A stretch of DNA of 64,000 nt from Fistulifera solaris (taxonomy: Eukaryota), in contig AP026124.1 of NCBI GenBank assembly GCA_030295235.1, positions 1,054,001 to 1,118,000 of the forward strand, given 5' to 3'. Positions 23,855-35,351 of this stretch are shown here, in pieces; within the stretch, counting starts at the first letter, position 1; each line of letters begins with the position of its first letter. The notes beneath the pieces were generated by a model. The model made no database searches. It had not been told where the DNA came from and saw only the letters and a list, made by a program, of their open reading frames with translations. The position numbers and the translations under genes were made by a program.

Positions 23855-24580
23855 TTATATTTCCTCCAACAACTCTTCAATAGCGGATTCAAGACTTAAC
23901 GGGTTTTGTTGTTTAGGATACAAGTCAATCGCCATTCCTTCACGATCCACCAGGTATTTGAAGAAGTTATGCTCAATTTGATCTTCTGGCAACTGCTTTT
24001 GTAAAGCTTTGAAAACAGGATTCAGTTTCAAAGACGAAGAGGCAAATACAGGAAAATTGATATCAGGAAACGTCGTTTTCAAGAAATGGTCAATTTCATC
24101 GTTCGTTTCGAGTTCCTGATGATAGTCATTGCTGGGAAACGCCAAAACAGAAAACCCCGATTTGCCGTACTTCGCTTGCAAAACAATTAATTGTTCAAAT
24201 GTGACTGTTGTTTTGCCGCATTTGCAAGCCGTATTCACCACCAACGTGATGTTTCCGGCATACTGGCGCAAGGAAACCAAGTGACCTTGATTGTCTTCAA
24301 CCTCTAAGTTATAAATCGAATCAGGTGGCAGCGAGTCTGCTTGAACTCGTCTAGCTTCTAGGCCAGGCTCGTGAAACCCAGCACCTTGACGGTAGCGCAG
24401 CCTGGGGAAGGTATCGACGGAAGATACGGAAGCAGCCGTTAGAGTGACAGCAATGGCTCCTATACTGAGCAAGAACGTTAGAATCAGCCTCTTGTTTCTC
24501 GTTGCCCTTTCTCTTAGCAATTTCTCTCCTTTCTCGCCGTCGTTTGCGCTTGACGAAATGGTGGGGAACCACATCAGCAT
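23855..24580 (-). CDS. Glutathione peroxidase-like protein (Cys type) with N-terminal membrane anchor
   Basis: LVVNTACKCG, VLAFPSNDYHQE, NFFKYLVDREG. Hydrophobic segment LILTFLLSIGAIAVTL. Confidence 0.85.
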   Translation of the reverse strand: MLMWFPTISSSANDGEKGEKLLRERATRNKRLILTFLLSIGAIAVTLTAASVSSVDTFPRLRYRQGAGFHEPGLEARRVQADSLPPDSIYNLEVEDNQGHLVSLRQYAGNITLVVNTACKCGKTTVTFEQLIVLQAKYGKSGFSVLAFPSNDYHQELETNDEIDHFLKTTFPDINFPVFASSSLKLNPVFKALQKQLPEDQIEHNFFKYLVDREGMAIDLYPKQQNPLSLESAIEELLEEI

Positions 24581-25199
24581 GATATCAAAATGATTGCCGC
24601 ACAAGAAATTCTGCAGGTTACCGAATAAAGTCGAAGCTTTGTCCTCTCCTCTTCATCGGATTTTCTGCTCTTTGTCACTGTATACGCTGATAAGCCGCAC
24701 GGACAAGCAATGAAACAAAAGTACGAGAGCGTATCAAAATCAGTCTATCGTTGCACCAGTTACTAAAGAAATAATTGCTGTTTTTCATCGTCAAACTGAA
24801 GCGAAATAAAACGCTCGCAGTAAGCTTTAAGGCACGGAAAGCACGTGAGTCCCGAACACCGATAAAGGTGCTTGTGCCTATTAAGTCACGAATAAGTCAT
24901 TACCGCTCCGATGATACCGGTTTAATGTGAGGGAGCACTACCAGGTATTCATTCTTTCCTAACGAATCTAAGGACGTCTAAAAATGTAACACGAACCATC
25001 TCTACTAGTTGACGATTTCAAGCGCAAGAAGGGCAACGAAGGGTGCGATGGACGTACTAGTGACAATCGAAATTGCGTGAAAGATCGCCTCTAAATAATT
25101 GCTGTTCAAAGATGGCAAGGTTAAATGTTTGTTTCAAAGAAAGCTTGTCAATTGATTTTAAATAAGAGCATTTGGCAGACAAATGTAATCCACTGAGAG

Positions 25200-26440
25200 A
25201 AGTGCATGAACTAGATCAGGCGCAAACCGAGCTCCGACCTACAGCCAAAGCTTCGGACCAATGAATAACATTGTGATCAAAGGAAAAGCTAGCATTAGTG
25301 GCGAAGATAAGGCAGCGTTCGAAAGTCTTGCTGTCGTAGATATCGCCCTGGCAAGAGCGTATGCATTACTCGGGGACTTTGATAGTACGTGGACCGCATG
25401 TCAACGGGTGTTTAGCGCTTGTAAGCTTTCACGTTCCTTGCTCGAGGATAAATGAATGATACTGAATCAGAATCTCCTGTTTCCAAAAGACAGTTGAAGA
25501 AGCAGCAAGCTGTCGGAGGTAAGCGTGCTTGGAGAAAGGTATCGGACAAAGGCGCTTCTCAACGAAAATCGTCCAACAATACGTATCGCAATCATAGACT
25601 TACTGAGGATGGAGAACGAGGCCAAAAGAGTTGGTTAGACTTCGAAAACAGAAAGACAAGGGTGATCTATTGGAGCAAGTTCGTTGTGGACTCTTGAAGA
25701 GACTGTTTTACTTTGGTGGAGGAACGACAGATTTGCTTAAAGCTTCCCAAGCTTCCGGTGCAAGTGTTGCATATGACTTTTTGTCTCCAATCTGGTATTC
25801 TTTTGGATCGGCGGAAGTGATGCAATCAACTCCTCAGACTAAATATTCATCGGACACCAAGCCTATCGGTTCTGGCAGTGGCGAAAATATGGCTAGTGCT
25901 GTCGGTTCTCCAGGCACGATGGTTCTGAATCAAGTCATTGACAACCCGACGTCGAGATAGGGGCTAGATTTGGTGATTGGATTGTAAGGCAGACCAGCGC
26001 GCATCAAGATCGGAATCATATTGCCGTTGAATTGCGAGCTAATCGTGTTGCTCAAATTTTTGCGAAGGGGATGCTGGGTTTGAATATGTCTTCCAGTAAG
26101 AGACTTTGCGTTGTAGGATCAGATGCTGGAAGTTTTCTAGACTTTCGTCTTCCTCAAGGAAGATCAATCTCCACATTTTTCGCCAATCATCCCTTACCAC
26201 CGACTCAAATGTTTGGTGAGAACCAGAGCGAACTTGGCGCTATAGTAGATGGTGGATCTGAATCAGCTCACATGTTGAACTCCGCTACCATGATATCGAT
26301 GGCAAAATGTCTCAAGGCCAATGGAAGAATTGTTATCGTGACCGATAATCGTTGGTACGCACGGTTGCTATCGATGACAGCACTACGGGCACTATTAGTG
26401 CTAGGAAAAGGAAGGCGTGCGCCACAAGTCAGAATCTAGC
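25200..26440 (+). pseudogene. Fragmented helical-repeat plus TrmB-like methyltransferase gene relic
   Basis: From 25951: VEIGARFGDW...AVELRANRV...NHPLPP...GRIVIVTDNRWY. Upstream ORF pieces are separated by stops and frameshifts. Confidence 0.55.
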
Positions 26441-26956
26441 AAGGGCACCTCTGTCTTGGGTCGTAACCCCAGCGCATCATTTAGCGAGCTACAAATATTG
26501 CAACAGCCAGAAGAGTCGAAGATACAACGTCGTATAGAATTTGTGCTAACTGTCGCTCCGCTTTGTCATTGTCGCACATTGTCGTTGTTCATCACCATCG
26601 TTTCCACATCCAAATCCGTTTCATTTTCATGAATAAAACCAGACTACACTTTGAAATTATAGTAAATTTTACTATTGACCTAAGTGAAGACGACCTTTCT
26701 TCACGACTGGATTTGAGTCATGAACCGTCGTTGTGCTCCAATGCCGCTACCTTAGAAAGAATTGTGGATTGTGAAGCAAAGAGCCAAGGGAATTCTGGAC
26801 AACTAACAAGATGAAAAGCAAATGCTTGCACCAACGGCATTTCATCACGCTTTTTCATCGAGGAAGACGAGGACCCCTCAACTAAGGTGTCATGATGTGT
26901 TCACGCGTCCAATACTCACCGTCCCTTATTCGGTAGATGTGTCATACTCGGTTACA

Positions 26957-29900
26957 TTAATTGGGTGGCCAATTCCAAACACTCTTATTGGTTCTTGTAT
27001 CGAAAAAGTACCACCGTTTCTGGCTCTTCGACCACGAACACATCCACCCAGCCGGTAAGTCAACATCAGGTTTTTTGTCTGGGTTCAAAAGATTCAATGC
27101 AATAGATGGTGGTACGGGTGGTTTGTTTGCCATTTGCAGCTGCTGTCCTTGCGAAGAGACCGATGCATCTGACTCCGTGCGTTTCATCTTAGTTGATTGT
27201 AAAGATAAGTTTTGCATAGTAGATCCTATCAAAGAGTTGGACTCTTCGCGTTCAATGAGTTTCCTTTCTATCGGCACCTTGGCATGCCCTGGCCCGCTAC
27301 ACTCTGCTTGTTGGGTTACTCTAACTTGAGTACCTTCTTTCTGAACAGTACATTTCTCATTTCGAATAGTGTTAGCTTGAAGTTGTGTTGGAGGCCCTGG
27401 TGGCGGAGGTGCTTTGAACGAAGTCCGTTTTGGTGCAACTCCGGGCGGTTTTGGCGGCGGTGGACGTGGAGGAGGCTGCGGGGCTTTCTTTGTACTCATG
27501 CCACTGTGAACTGGCGGATGTCTAGGAAGCGGGGAACTTGGACTCGCAGGAAGTTTCGGGTTGCCGCTGACAGTAATGGTAGGCGCAATAGGTGGGGGGA
27601 TTGAGGGAGCTTTCGTTTGTGGCGATGGTGATGTCTCGAGCGGTATTACGGCGAGCGTATTGCTTTCTACTCTTCTATATTGTGTCTCCAATCGAGCAAC
27701 TTTCACGCTAGGCGACGGATCTGGATCGTCGGGTTCATCACGTTTGGGAGAGCGTGACGGTGACTTGCGAACAAAAACCGCCTCACCTTCCTCGACCGAA
27801 TCGAATGAATCACGAGGAGGCGACCCACAAGACGAGCGAGAGCTCCCAACTAGTGATCCGATCCCTCCTTGCTGCATGGATGGAGCCTGCGCGAAAAACT
27901 TCTCAGGGACCAACGAATCCGCACGTTTCTCTTTGTATGGATTTCCAAAGTTGACCATAAGCTTTGATCTAATTCGTGCCTGCACGGAATCCGCAAACTC
28001 TCCCGTCTTTGTATCGAAGAACGCGACAGGCAGAGCATCGTCATCCACGGACCATACTGGAGACCCATCGACGGCTGTCGTAGCTGCAACACCCGCTGCA
28101 TCGTTGGATCCATATCCTACGACGGGAGACCGGGAAAAGACCAGACGTTCTCTGTAGTCTCCCATTTTTGTGGTACTTGTCCTGTTCAGGGTGGAGGCGC
28201 CAACCTTTCCTATAGTAAGAACACATTCTTGGGTTTCACCAACCGAACTTCCGTAGCGCTGACAATTACTCCCTCCGTTGCTCACGCCTTCTACGTGTAA
28301 GCCTTGCGTCAAAAGATTAGGACCCCCGAACAGCCACCGCCTTCGTGATTCATAGTATGCCAACAAACATGATTGTGGAAGGTCGCCCAGAATTTCAACA
28401 ACGGATTTTGGAGATCTTGATTCGTCTTCCCCAATTGCTGACGTGGCATCAAGCTTTGTCTCTTGACCTTTTCCTTCGTCTAGCTGACGACAAGTCCCAA
28501 CCTGCCACGGTGGAGGCATAGTTCTTAGCGCTGCTAGATAGCTATCCACGCTACCTCTGGCATCGAATTGACCATAACGTGGGTTACTGAATCTAACTGA
28601 ATTTTGCTCCATAGCGACGTTCCTTTGCCTTAATGAGGCCTCTTGTCTTTCTTGTCTCTCGATCATATCCCTCGATCCTTGCTCTCCATTTCGAATTTTC
28701 TGCATGCAAGATTTTGAAAAACACTGCATAGCCACAGTCTCCATAGTGTCGGCTGGTAAGAGTGAATGAGCTACGGATGGTAAAACATGTCGCAAGCTTC
28801 TCTTTAAAGAATAAGAATAATAGGGAGGAAGCCGAAATTGATAAGCACGGAACTCGTTTTTCCATTGTTCATCCAGCACTACAAGAGCTTTCGCTGCTAT
28901 TTGCTTGTGTATCAAGCTTTGCTCTATGTCTCCTCTTTTCAGGAGCGCCACTTCTGCTTTCTTCAAAGCTTTGTGCTCGTTCTCGGCTGCACGTAGCAGC
29001 AAAGGTAACAACACGTGCGGTTCCGGTGGAAGAAGAGTCAAAGTCGCCAATCTTCCAGGTCCTGCCTGCGAAGCAACGGTAGAGCTCTGCAATGGGATAT
29101 ATAGAATGCCGATATTCAGAGCTGAATCCGCATCGTCAGATAAGGAAGGTCTACCTGCACCGCGACAGAAGACGGGAAAATACTCTAATTTACCGCTCAC
29201 TGAAACTTGTACGGGCGTACCTCCCTCTTGACCCAACCATTCGCATACGTAGACATCTCTGTGAAGAAAACGAGCTGGCTGGCCGACTAATTTGCGACTA
29301 CTTGCGGTGAGTTGATCGAGGCGATGTAACATCTTGATAATAGTGGCTGGTTCAAACGACTTTGATCCAAGGTTCGAAGGGACTTTACTGAAATATAACA
29401 ATGGCTGGGCCATCCTCGGAGGTAAAGTATCATATTTCTTATTAGGAAAGAAAGCTTCCGGGATATACCAAAGCGGAGGTCCAATGCATTGCGAAGAGTC
29501 AGCTGTGTTGATCTGCACTGGCTGCATCGTCGCGTGTGATCCTATATAGAGCATCATCGCTCTTAGCTTTAGTGCCGCACCAGATCCTTCTTCTACTTCA
29601 AAAGACTGGAATGTACATACAGGGCCTCCGTTGACAAAGCAGGAGCCAGACGCCGTCTGAATTGTATTCGAAGCCTGGATATTCGGCTGTTGGATTCGCA
29701 GAAACAGTGGATCAGGAATCGGAAGTTCTCGCGGAAGGGCGGGACGTATGCATCTCACCAGAGCCTCCGTGATGCCTTGCAAATTTGCAGAGCTTCGCAC
29801 CGTCCAGTGTGATCCTCCGGTAACTTCACAAAGCGCTCTTAGTTGTGGGTGCAAGTACTGACTGCTCGTCACACCTTCGCGACCTCCAACACCAAGGCAA

Positions 29901-30678
29901 AATATCCGCTGGTCCCATCGGAACGGTTCTGTGTAAAACTCCCGAAGAGGCTGAGATCCGAATTGTAGCTGAAGTGTTCCACCGCCTAACTTCTGCGGCT
30001 GACGCAAACAGGCTCCGTCAGTCACTAGTATCAAGCACGCTGGCTGCAAAGCCGCCGCCGCGGGTGCTCCGTTCGCCGTGGATATCGCAACATTTGGTAA
30101 TCTTCCCATTCCAAAATTCTCTGTCAATCTATTGTGAAGGCGATAGCGAGACAAAAGCTGTAATCCTGATGATAGCGCGGCGTTCAACCCGACTGCCCCA
30201 CCGCCATCCTCAGGGAAAGGAGAGTTACCATCCCAATCCGCAGCCACCAAACGCTTCAGCTCCCTTTGAAAGCTTTCCATGAGCTCGTGGCTTTGTATAC
30301 CCGATCCGTCTATAGTAGAATTCTGTTCAGTCTGACTTGTATTTGTGCTATCAGCTAGATATCGTGGTCCAAATCCCACAAGTAGGCGTCCGGCAGCCCC
30401 ACAGGTACTCGTGTCGGGATACTGCTGACTGGTCGTCAGAAGGAGGAAGGCATCGCCACCATTTAAATTACCTTTTGCCCTAAGTTAACAATCGACTTTT
30501 GCAAAGCAGGGTTGGCATCTTGCATTAAGAGACGTGTATGTTCGCTGTGGCGCTTTCGAAGTTGACGACTCAGATCTTCGACGACCATTTTCGCGACATC
30601 TAAACGAGACATTCCCGAATCACCCACCGCGGGCCGCGCCATTGTAGGAGAAGTATCAATAACAAAGACGAATATCAT
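26957..30678 (-). CDS. INTS6: Integrator complex subunit 6-like (VWA) with Pro-rich tail and C-terminal WW domain
   Basis: MIFVFVIDTSPTM, ILVTDG, EPFRWDQRIF, LCEVTGG; terminal LPAGW...WYFFDTRTNKSVWNWP. Frameshift at 30473-30476. Confidence 0.85.
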
Positions 30679-31062
30679 GTTATCATGTTTGCATTTCTAC
30701 AAGCAAGTCAAGTCAATGCTTTTTTCCCATTCATCCGCATCGCTTCTTTCGCAACAGCGATGATTTCGTAGCAGCTCAAGGAATCACGAATCATCATCAT
30801 CACGACCGCCTACGGTACCGGTACCGGTACCAGTACACTCTACTAAGCAGTAAAAAAGGGGGTCTGCCTTTCATCCGTCAAGTCTCCATCGCTCCGCTCG
30901 TCGAAAATAAATTTCCCCCGTTCATTTTCGATTTTCTTTTCTGCCTTGTATCTTCTCAAAAAGTTATTTTCTATAAATCCTTTTACTTATTGAAATAACC
31001 AGCAATACACCAGCTAATCAGATAGTAACACAAAGAGATAATCCCCTAGGGCCCAAGGGATC

Positions 31063-32330
31063 ATGGACTTCGCTAGACCGCACGTTATCAAACAATCGAT
31101 AGTGTCGACATCCAACATTCGGGTCGTCAATACCGAAGAACCCCATGCGTCGGAAGATCACCAGAAGGCGGTGACTTCTCGGGAAGAATTAGATCAAATG
31201 GTTGTAAGGGCGTCGAATCAAGCAACGAGAGATCTTATACTCGCGTCGTATCCTGTTGAATTGCGTGACGATCGATTTGCGGATGCCTCACTCTACACGG
31301 AGCGATCGATCCCTCGCAAAGAAACAATTCAAGTAGGAGATCTTGTTGTTATTATGGAGTCCTTTGACCGACTGACTTTTGCATACATTGAAGAAAAAGG
31401 GATGTACTCAAACAGACACGGACATTTCAGCCATAAAGACTTTATCGGCAAACCCTTCGGTAGCAAAGTGCGATCCAGAAACAACCAAGGCTACGGATTT
31501 TGTTTCCTGCTAAAACCGACACCTGAGCTCTGGGCTAGAAGTTTGACACACCGAACACAAATTGTACATGAGCTTGATCAGTCCCAGATAATATTTCAAT
31601 TGTATTTGCGGCCGAACATGACTGTTGTCGAGAGTGGAACTGGAAGTGGTGCCATGAGTCATGCGATTCTTCGAACCATTGCACCTCACGGCAAGCTACA
31701 TACGTATGAATTCAACAAGATGAGAGCAGATACTGCCAGAAATGAATTTGAAAAGAATGGAGTCAGTCATCTGGTCACTGTGCATCACCGCGATGTTTGT
31801 GCGAAGATCGAAGCCGAAGCCGGCTTTGATTTACCGCCATGTTCCGTCGATGCCGTGTTCTTGGACTTGCCGGAACCCTGGCATGCTGTTCCTCATGCAG
31901 CTAAGGTTCTAAAACCAAATGCACGCATAGCATCGTACAGCCCTTGTGTGGAACAAACACAGAGAACAGTGGAGGCAATGAAAAGGCCGGCTTCCATTCC
32001 ATGAAGACCATGGAATATCGCCTTCAAGAGCACTACGTTGACGAAATCGAATACAAGAGTCCTCCAAAAGCAAAGCGACCAAAATTTGAAGCGCACGACA
32101 ATGAGGCAAGAATCATGTCGGCCAGTGCAGCAGGATCAGCAAGCGGCAATGGCGAACAAAGTGACGATCTAAGTGACGAGGTTGAGACAGGAGACGATGG
32201 TGAACTCGCTGGAGACGAAATGGGAGAAGGTAATGAGATCAAAGCGAAAATGGTTGTCGCTCGACCGTTTGCAAGTATGCGGGGACACTCCGCATTTCTC
32301 ACGTTTGCAACAGCCGGACTTCACGCCTAA
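31063..32330 (+). CDS. TRM61: tRNA m1A58 methyltransferase catalytic subunit (GCD14)
   Basis: PTPELW..SL.HRTQI, ESGTGSG, VFLDLPEPW, SPCVEQ, GHSAFLTFA. Indel at 31981-31984. Confidence 0.95.
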
Positions 32331-32500
32331 CCATAATGCACTCATCGTTAACAATACTAGTTTCGCTAGGATAAGCTGAACTTTCATGTCACGTGGGTAC
32401 TTTTTGCCCGCAGAAAGCCCGAATAAGTATTTGAGCTGGGTGCGAAGCCGTCAGAGCAAGGTTGCGATTCGTGAATATCTGTGTATAATTGCGTCTATTA

Positions 32501-34944
32501 TTAATCTTCTTTTAATAATTGGTCGGCTAGCATTCTTAGACCAAACACACCTCTGGGTTCTGTATCCATGTATTCACATTTGGTGACTCTGGGTGGGTTG
32601 CCCATTGAGGACAAGAATGATTCCAGATTGTCAATCGAAACCTTTTGCCCGTGACTAACATGCGATACAAAGTTTTTCAGGTCCTTGTCATTTTCCTCCA
32701 ACACCTGGTTCACGACCACGTTCCGAACCTTGATCGGCATATCAGGGGCTTCGAACGTCAAGTCATTAAGTAAACGAATACTCTCACGCGCGGCAAGCTC
32801 GCTCGCAATTGTAACGATAAGAAATTCAGTCTGTTCAGCATCGGCAAACAAATCTTCTAGGTCGTACATCTGAAACTGAAACGACAGCAAAGCCGACTTT
32901 GCTGTAGCAGCAGCATTCGCAATCTGTTCTGACCTGGACGAACCACCGATGAACATTTTCACCAAGCTGTTTGAATTGACTTTTTCCGCGATGGCCAAAA
33001 GACGCTCAATCAACTCTGCAATAAATCCAGGAGTGCTGAGCATACGGAGCGTGTGCCCTGTGGGGGCTGTGTCAAGCACGATTCTGTCATAATCACCGTT
33101 CTTTACCAGCTTAATGATTTTTGCCAAAGCGACAACCTCATCAGTACCAGCTGGAAGTGTATTGAATACTTCTTGGATTTCTCGTAGAGTGTTGCGAAAG
33201 CCGGCATCAGCTTCGGAAGCATCATCCACCCCCACGAGTTGATCGACCAGACCTTTAAATTCACTGAGAGACGCGGCAGGATCTATCTCTAAAACAGAAA
33301 GACTTCCATCACCAGGAGGAACCCCTATCAAAGGGCAATCCACGAGGCGGCCTCCTGCCAAATTCATGTCAATTGCATCACCCAGACTGTGGGCAGGATC
33401 CGTGCTGATCAAAGCCACACGGTGCCCCTTCGCGGCCATAGTTACTGCCAACGAAGAAGACGTTGTTGTCTTACCGACACCTCCCTTTCCGCCACAAATG
33501 ACCACCTTTGGCGAGTTGCGCTCATTATGAGCTTCCATGAGATGAGCGAAGCCAGGATTCTCAGCGTAGCACTGATTCCCGAGATATGCCAGAGCTGGGA
33601 CACCAACAAGTTCGACATCGAAAAATGGTACCTTTGTCAGACAAATAGGATTTGGACTTCCATTCGCTCTGTACGCGTTGCTCTCACTAACTTCCTTTAT
33701 TGTTTCACTCAGCTTGTTCATCCATCTCTCCTGACCAGCACGTCTCCTTTCATAGTATTTCTCAAGAGGGGTTGTATCTTCTGTTTCCTGACCGCCAATG
33801 CACTGGTTGACCACAATATCGGTGACACTAACCTGCTGCGAGCCAAGCTCCGACACAAGACGTTTTGACTCTTGCACACCAAGCTTTGATGGGATTGTAA
33901 CTACGATAAAGTTTGTTTTCGACCTATCTTGTAGTTTTTCTCGCAGAATACCCATTTTGGTCCTAAATTTTTCCAAGCGGTTAACTGCATCGTCAATTGT
34001 TTTTGCCCTTTGCTCAGCTTGGGAATTTCCCAAAAACGCTTGCAGGGTTGAAGTAAGACCAGCCAGTTTCATCCTAAGGTTGATAAGCTTCCCTAGTAAT
34101 CCATCCAAGAACTTCGGTAAAGCCAATAGACGGAGGGTGTGACCTGTCGGAGCAGTGTCTACCACAATCACGTCAAAGTCACCCGCCATAGAGTCAGTAT
34201 CCAATACGTTCGAGAGAGCCACCAATTCATCGAGACCAGGGGGGAGGATTGTTGAGCAAACCACTGAACTCTCGAAGTCCAAGGCTCTCGAGAATGTCTG
34301 GCGAAATGTTCAATGCGTCCGCCAGCTGATCAATATCAAATGCAGCTAGATTTTCCCGGAACTCATCCAGAGCAGCTGCAGCATCTACCTCACAAGCAAA
34401 CAACCGTCCACCTGTCAACGGATCTGTCATTTGTAAAGGTTTGCCATGGCTCTTTCGCAAATCTTCATCCAAAGCATCGCCTAAAGAATGTGCAGGATCG
34501 GTGGAAACAATGAGGACCTTAAGATCCTTCTGTATATCGGATGCCAAGCTCACCGCAAGCGCAGAAGAAACGGAAGTTTTTCCTACTCCGCCTTTTCCGA
34601 ATAAGGGTGAGTATAACGTGGTGAATGGCGACGCATCGCTCTACAGAAATGTGCGCTGCTGTATCCATCGTACCTTTACCACCCACAAAAATAGTTCTTG
34701 TACCGCTCATAGACGAATCACTTAGGTCGTCCATGAGCGTTTTCAGCGAGTAAAGAGAGGATTGCGTTTGCCACGAAAAACATTCCGAACGTCGACGAGC
34801 TGATGGGGCAATTGTCGGATGCTCGACTCGTCGAATTCCACTTTGTGGATAAACTTGAAAAGCCCGCAGCGGCTGAAACGCATCGTTGATTCCGAGAATC
34901 AAGCATGCAGATAACACGATCACCAGAGCTTTTTCTGACCGCAT
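32501..34944 (-). CDS. arsA: Tandem two-domain ArsA/GET3-family ATPase, plastid-targeted
   Basis: Two GGKGGVGKT, two [10 protein letters not shown] and two [10 protein letters not shown] motifs; signal peptide ending in DA-F. Intron 34592-34673; indel in G-run 34239-34244. Confidence 0.9.
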
Positions 34945-35351
34945 GATGAACGTATTACATGAAAGCAAAAGAATAGAATACGTTTCAACAAAACTGCATC
35001 GCATGCGCCAACCGCAAAAAAAGTGACCGTTTCCCGATACGACACGTGGAACAGGGCTGTAGGCGACGTTTCTTCACGACCGGACGTCAGTCATGAACAT
35101 GAAAGGTTTAGAGCCAACTGCATTTGACAATCGTTCAATCTGCTACGTGGATAAATACATTTGCTGTTATCGCGATAGAAAAACCTTCCGCGGCATTCGC
35201 AAATCGATTTGATGTCCGTACTTTTGCGGATCTTGTCCTCCTACAGCACAAGTACCAGGTTGCTTATGGCTGGCTAAGGGTTCTTTGACTTCGATGATGT
35301 TTCGTTTCCTAGGCAGACAGCTTTCCTTACTTGGCTTAGATTTCTAAACAT

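Noticed and set aside
23855..24604. Selenoprotein GPx
   Set aside because: The active-site codon is Cys, with no in-frame TGA and no evident SECIS.
26961..30282. Numerous antisense ORFs within long genes (here and elsewhere)
   Set aside because: They are shadow frames of real coding sequence without recognisable motifs.
30431..30472. Tiny intron in INTS6 starting at AAG|GTAATT
   Set aside because: The segment encodes GGDAFLLLTT, matching a conserved INTS6 VWA strand, so a homopolymer indel explains the break better.
1024..30678. PP2A-C and INTS6 as a functional gene cluster
   Set aside because: They are ~25 kb apart with many unrelated genes between them; there is no evidence beyond co-occurrence.
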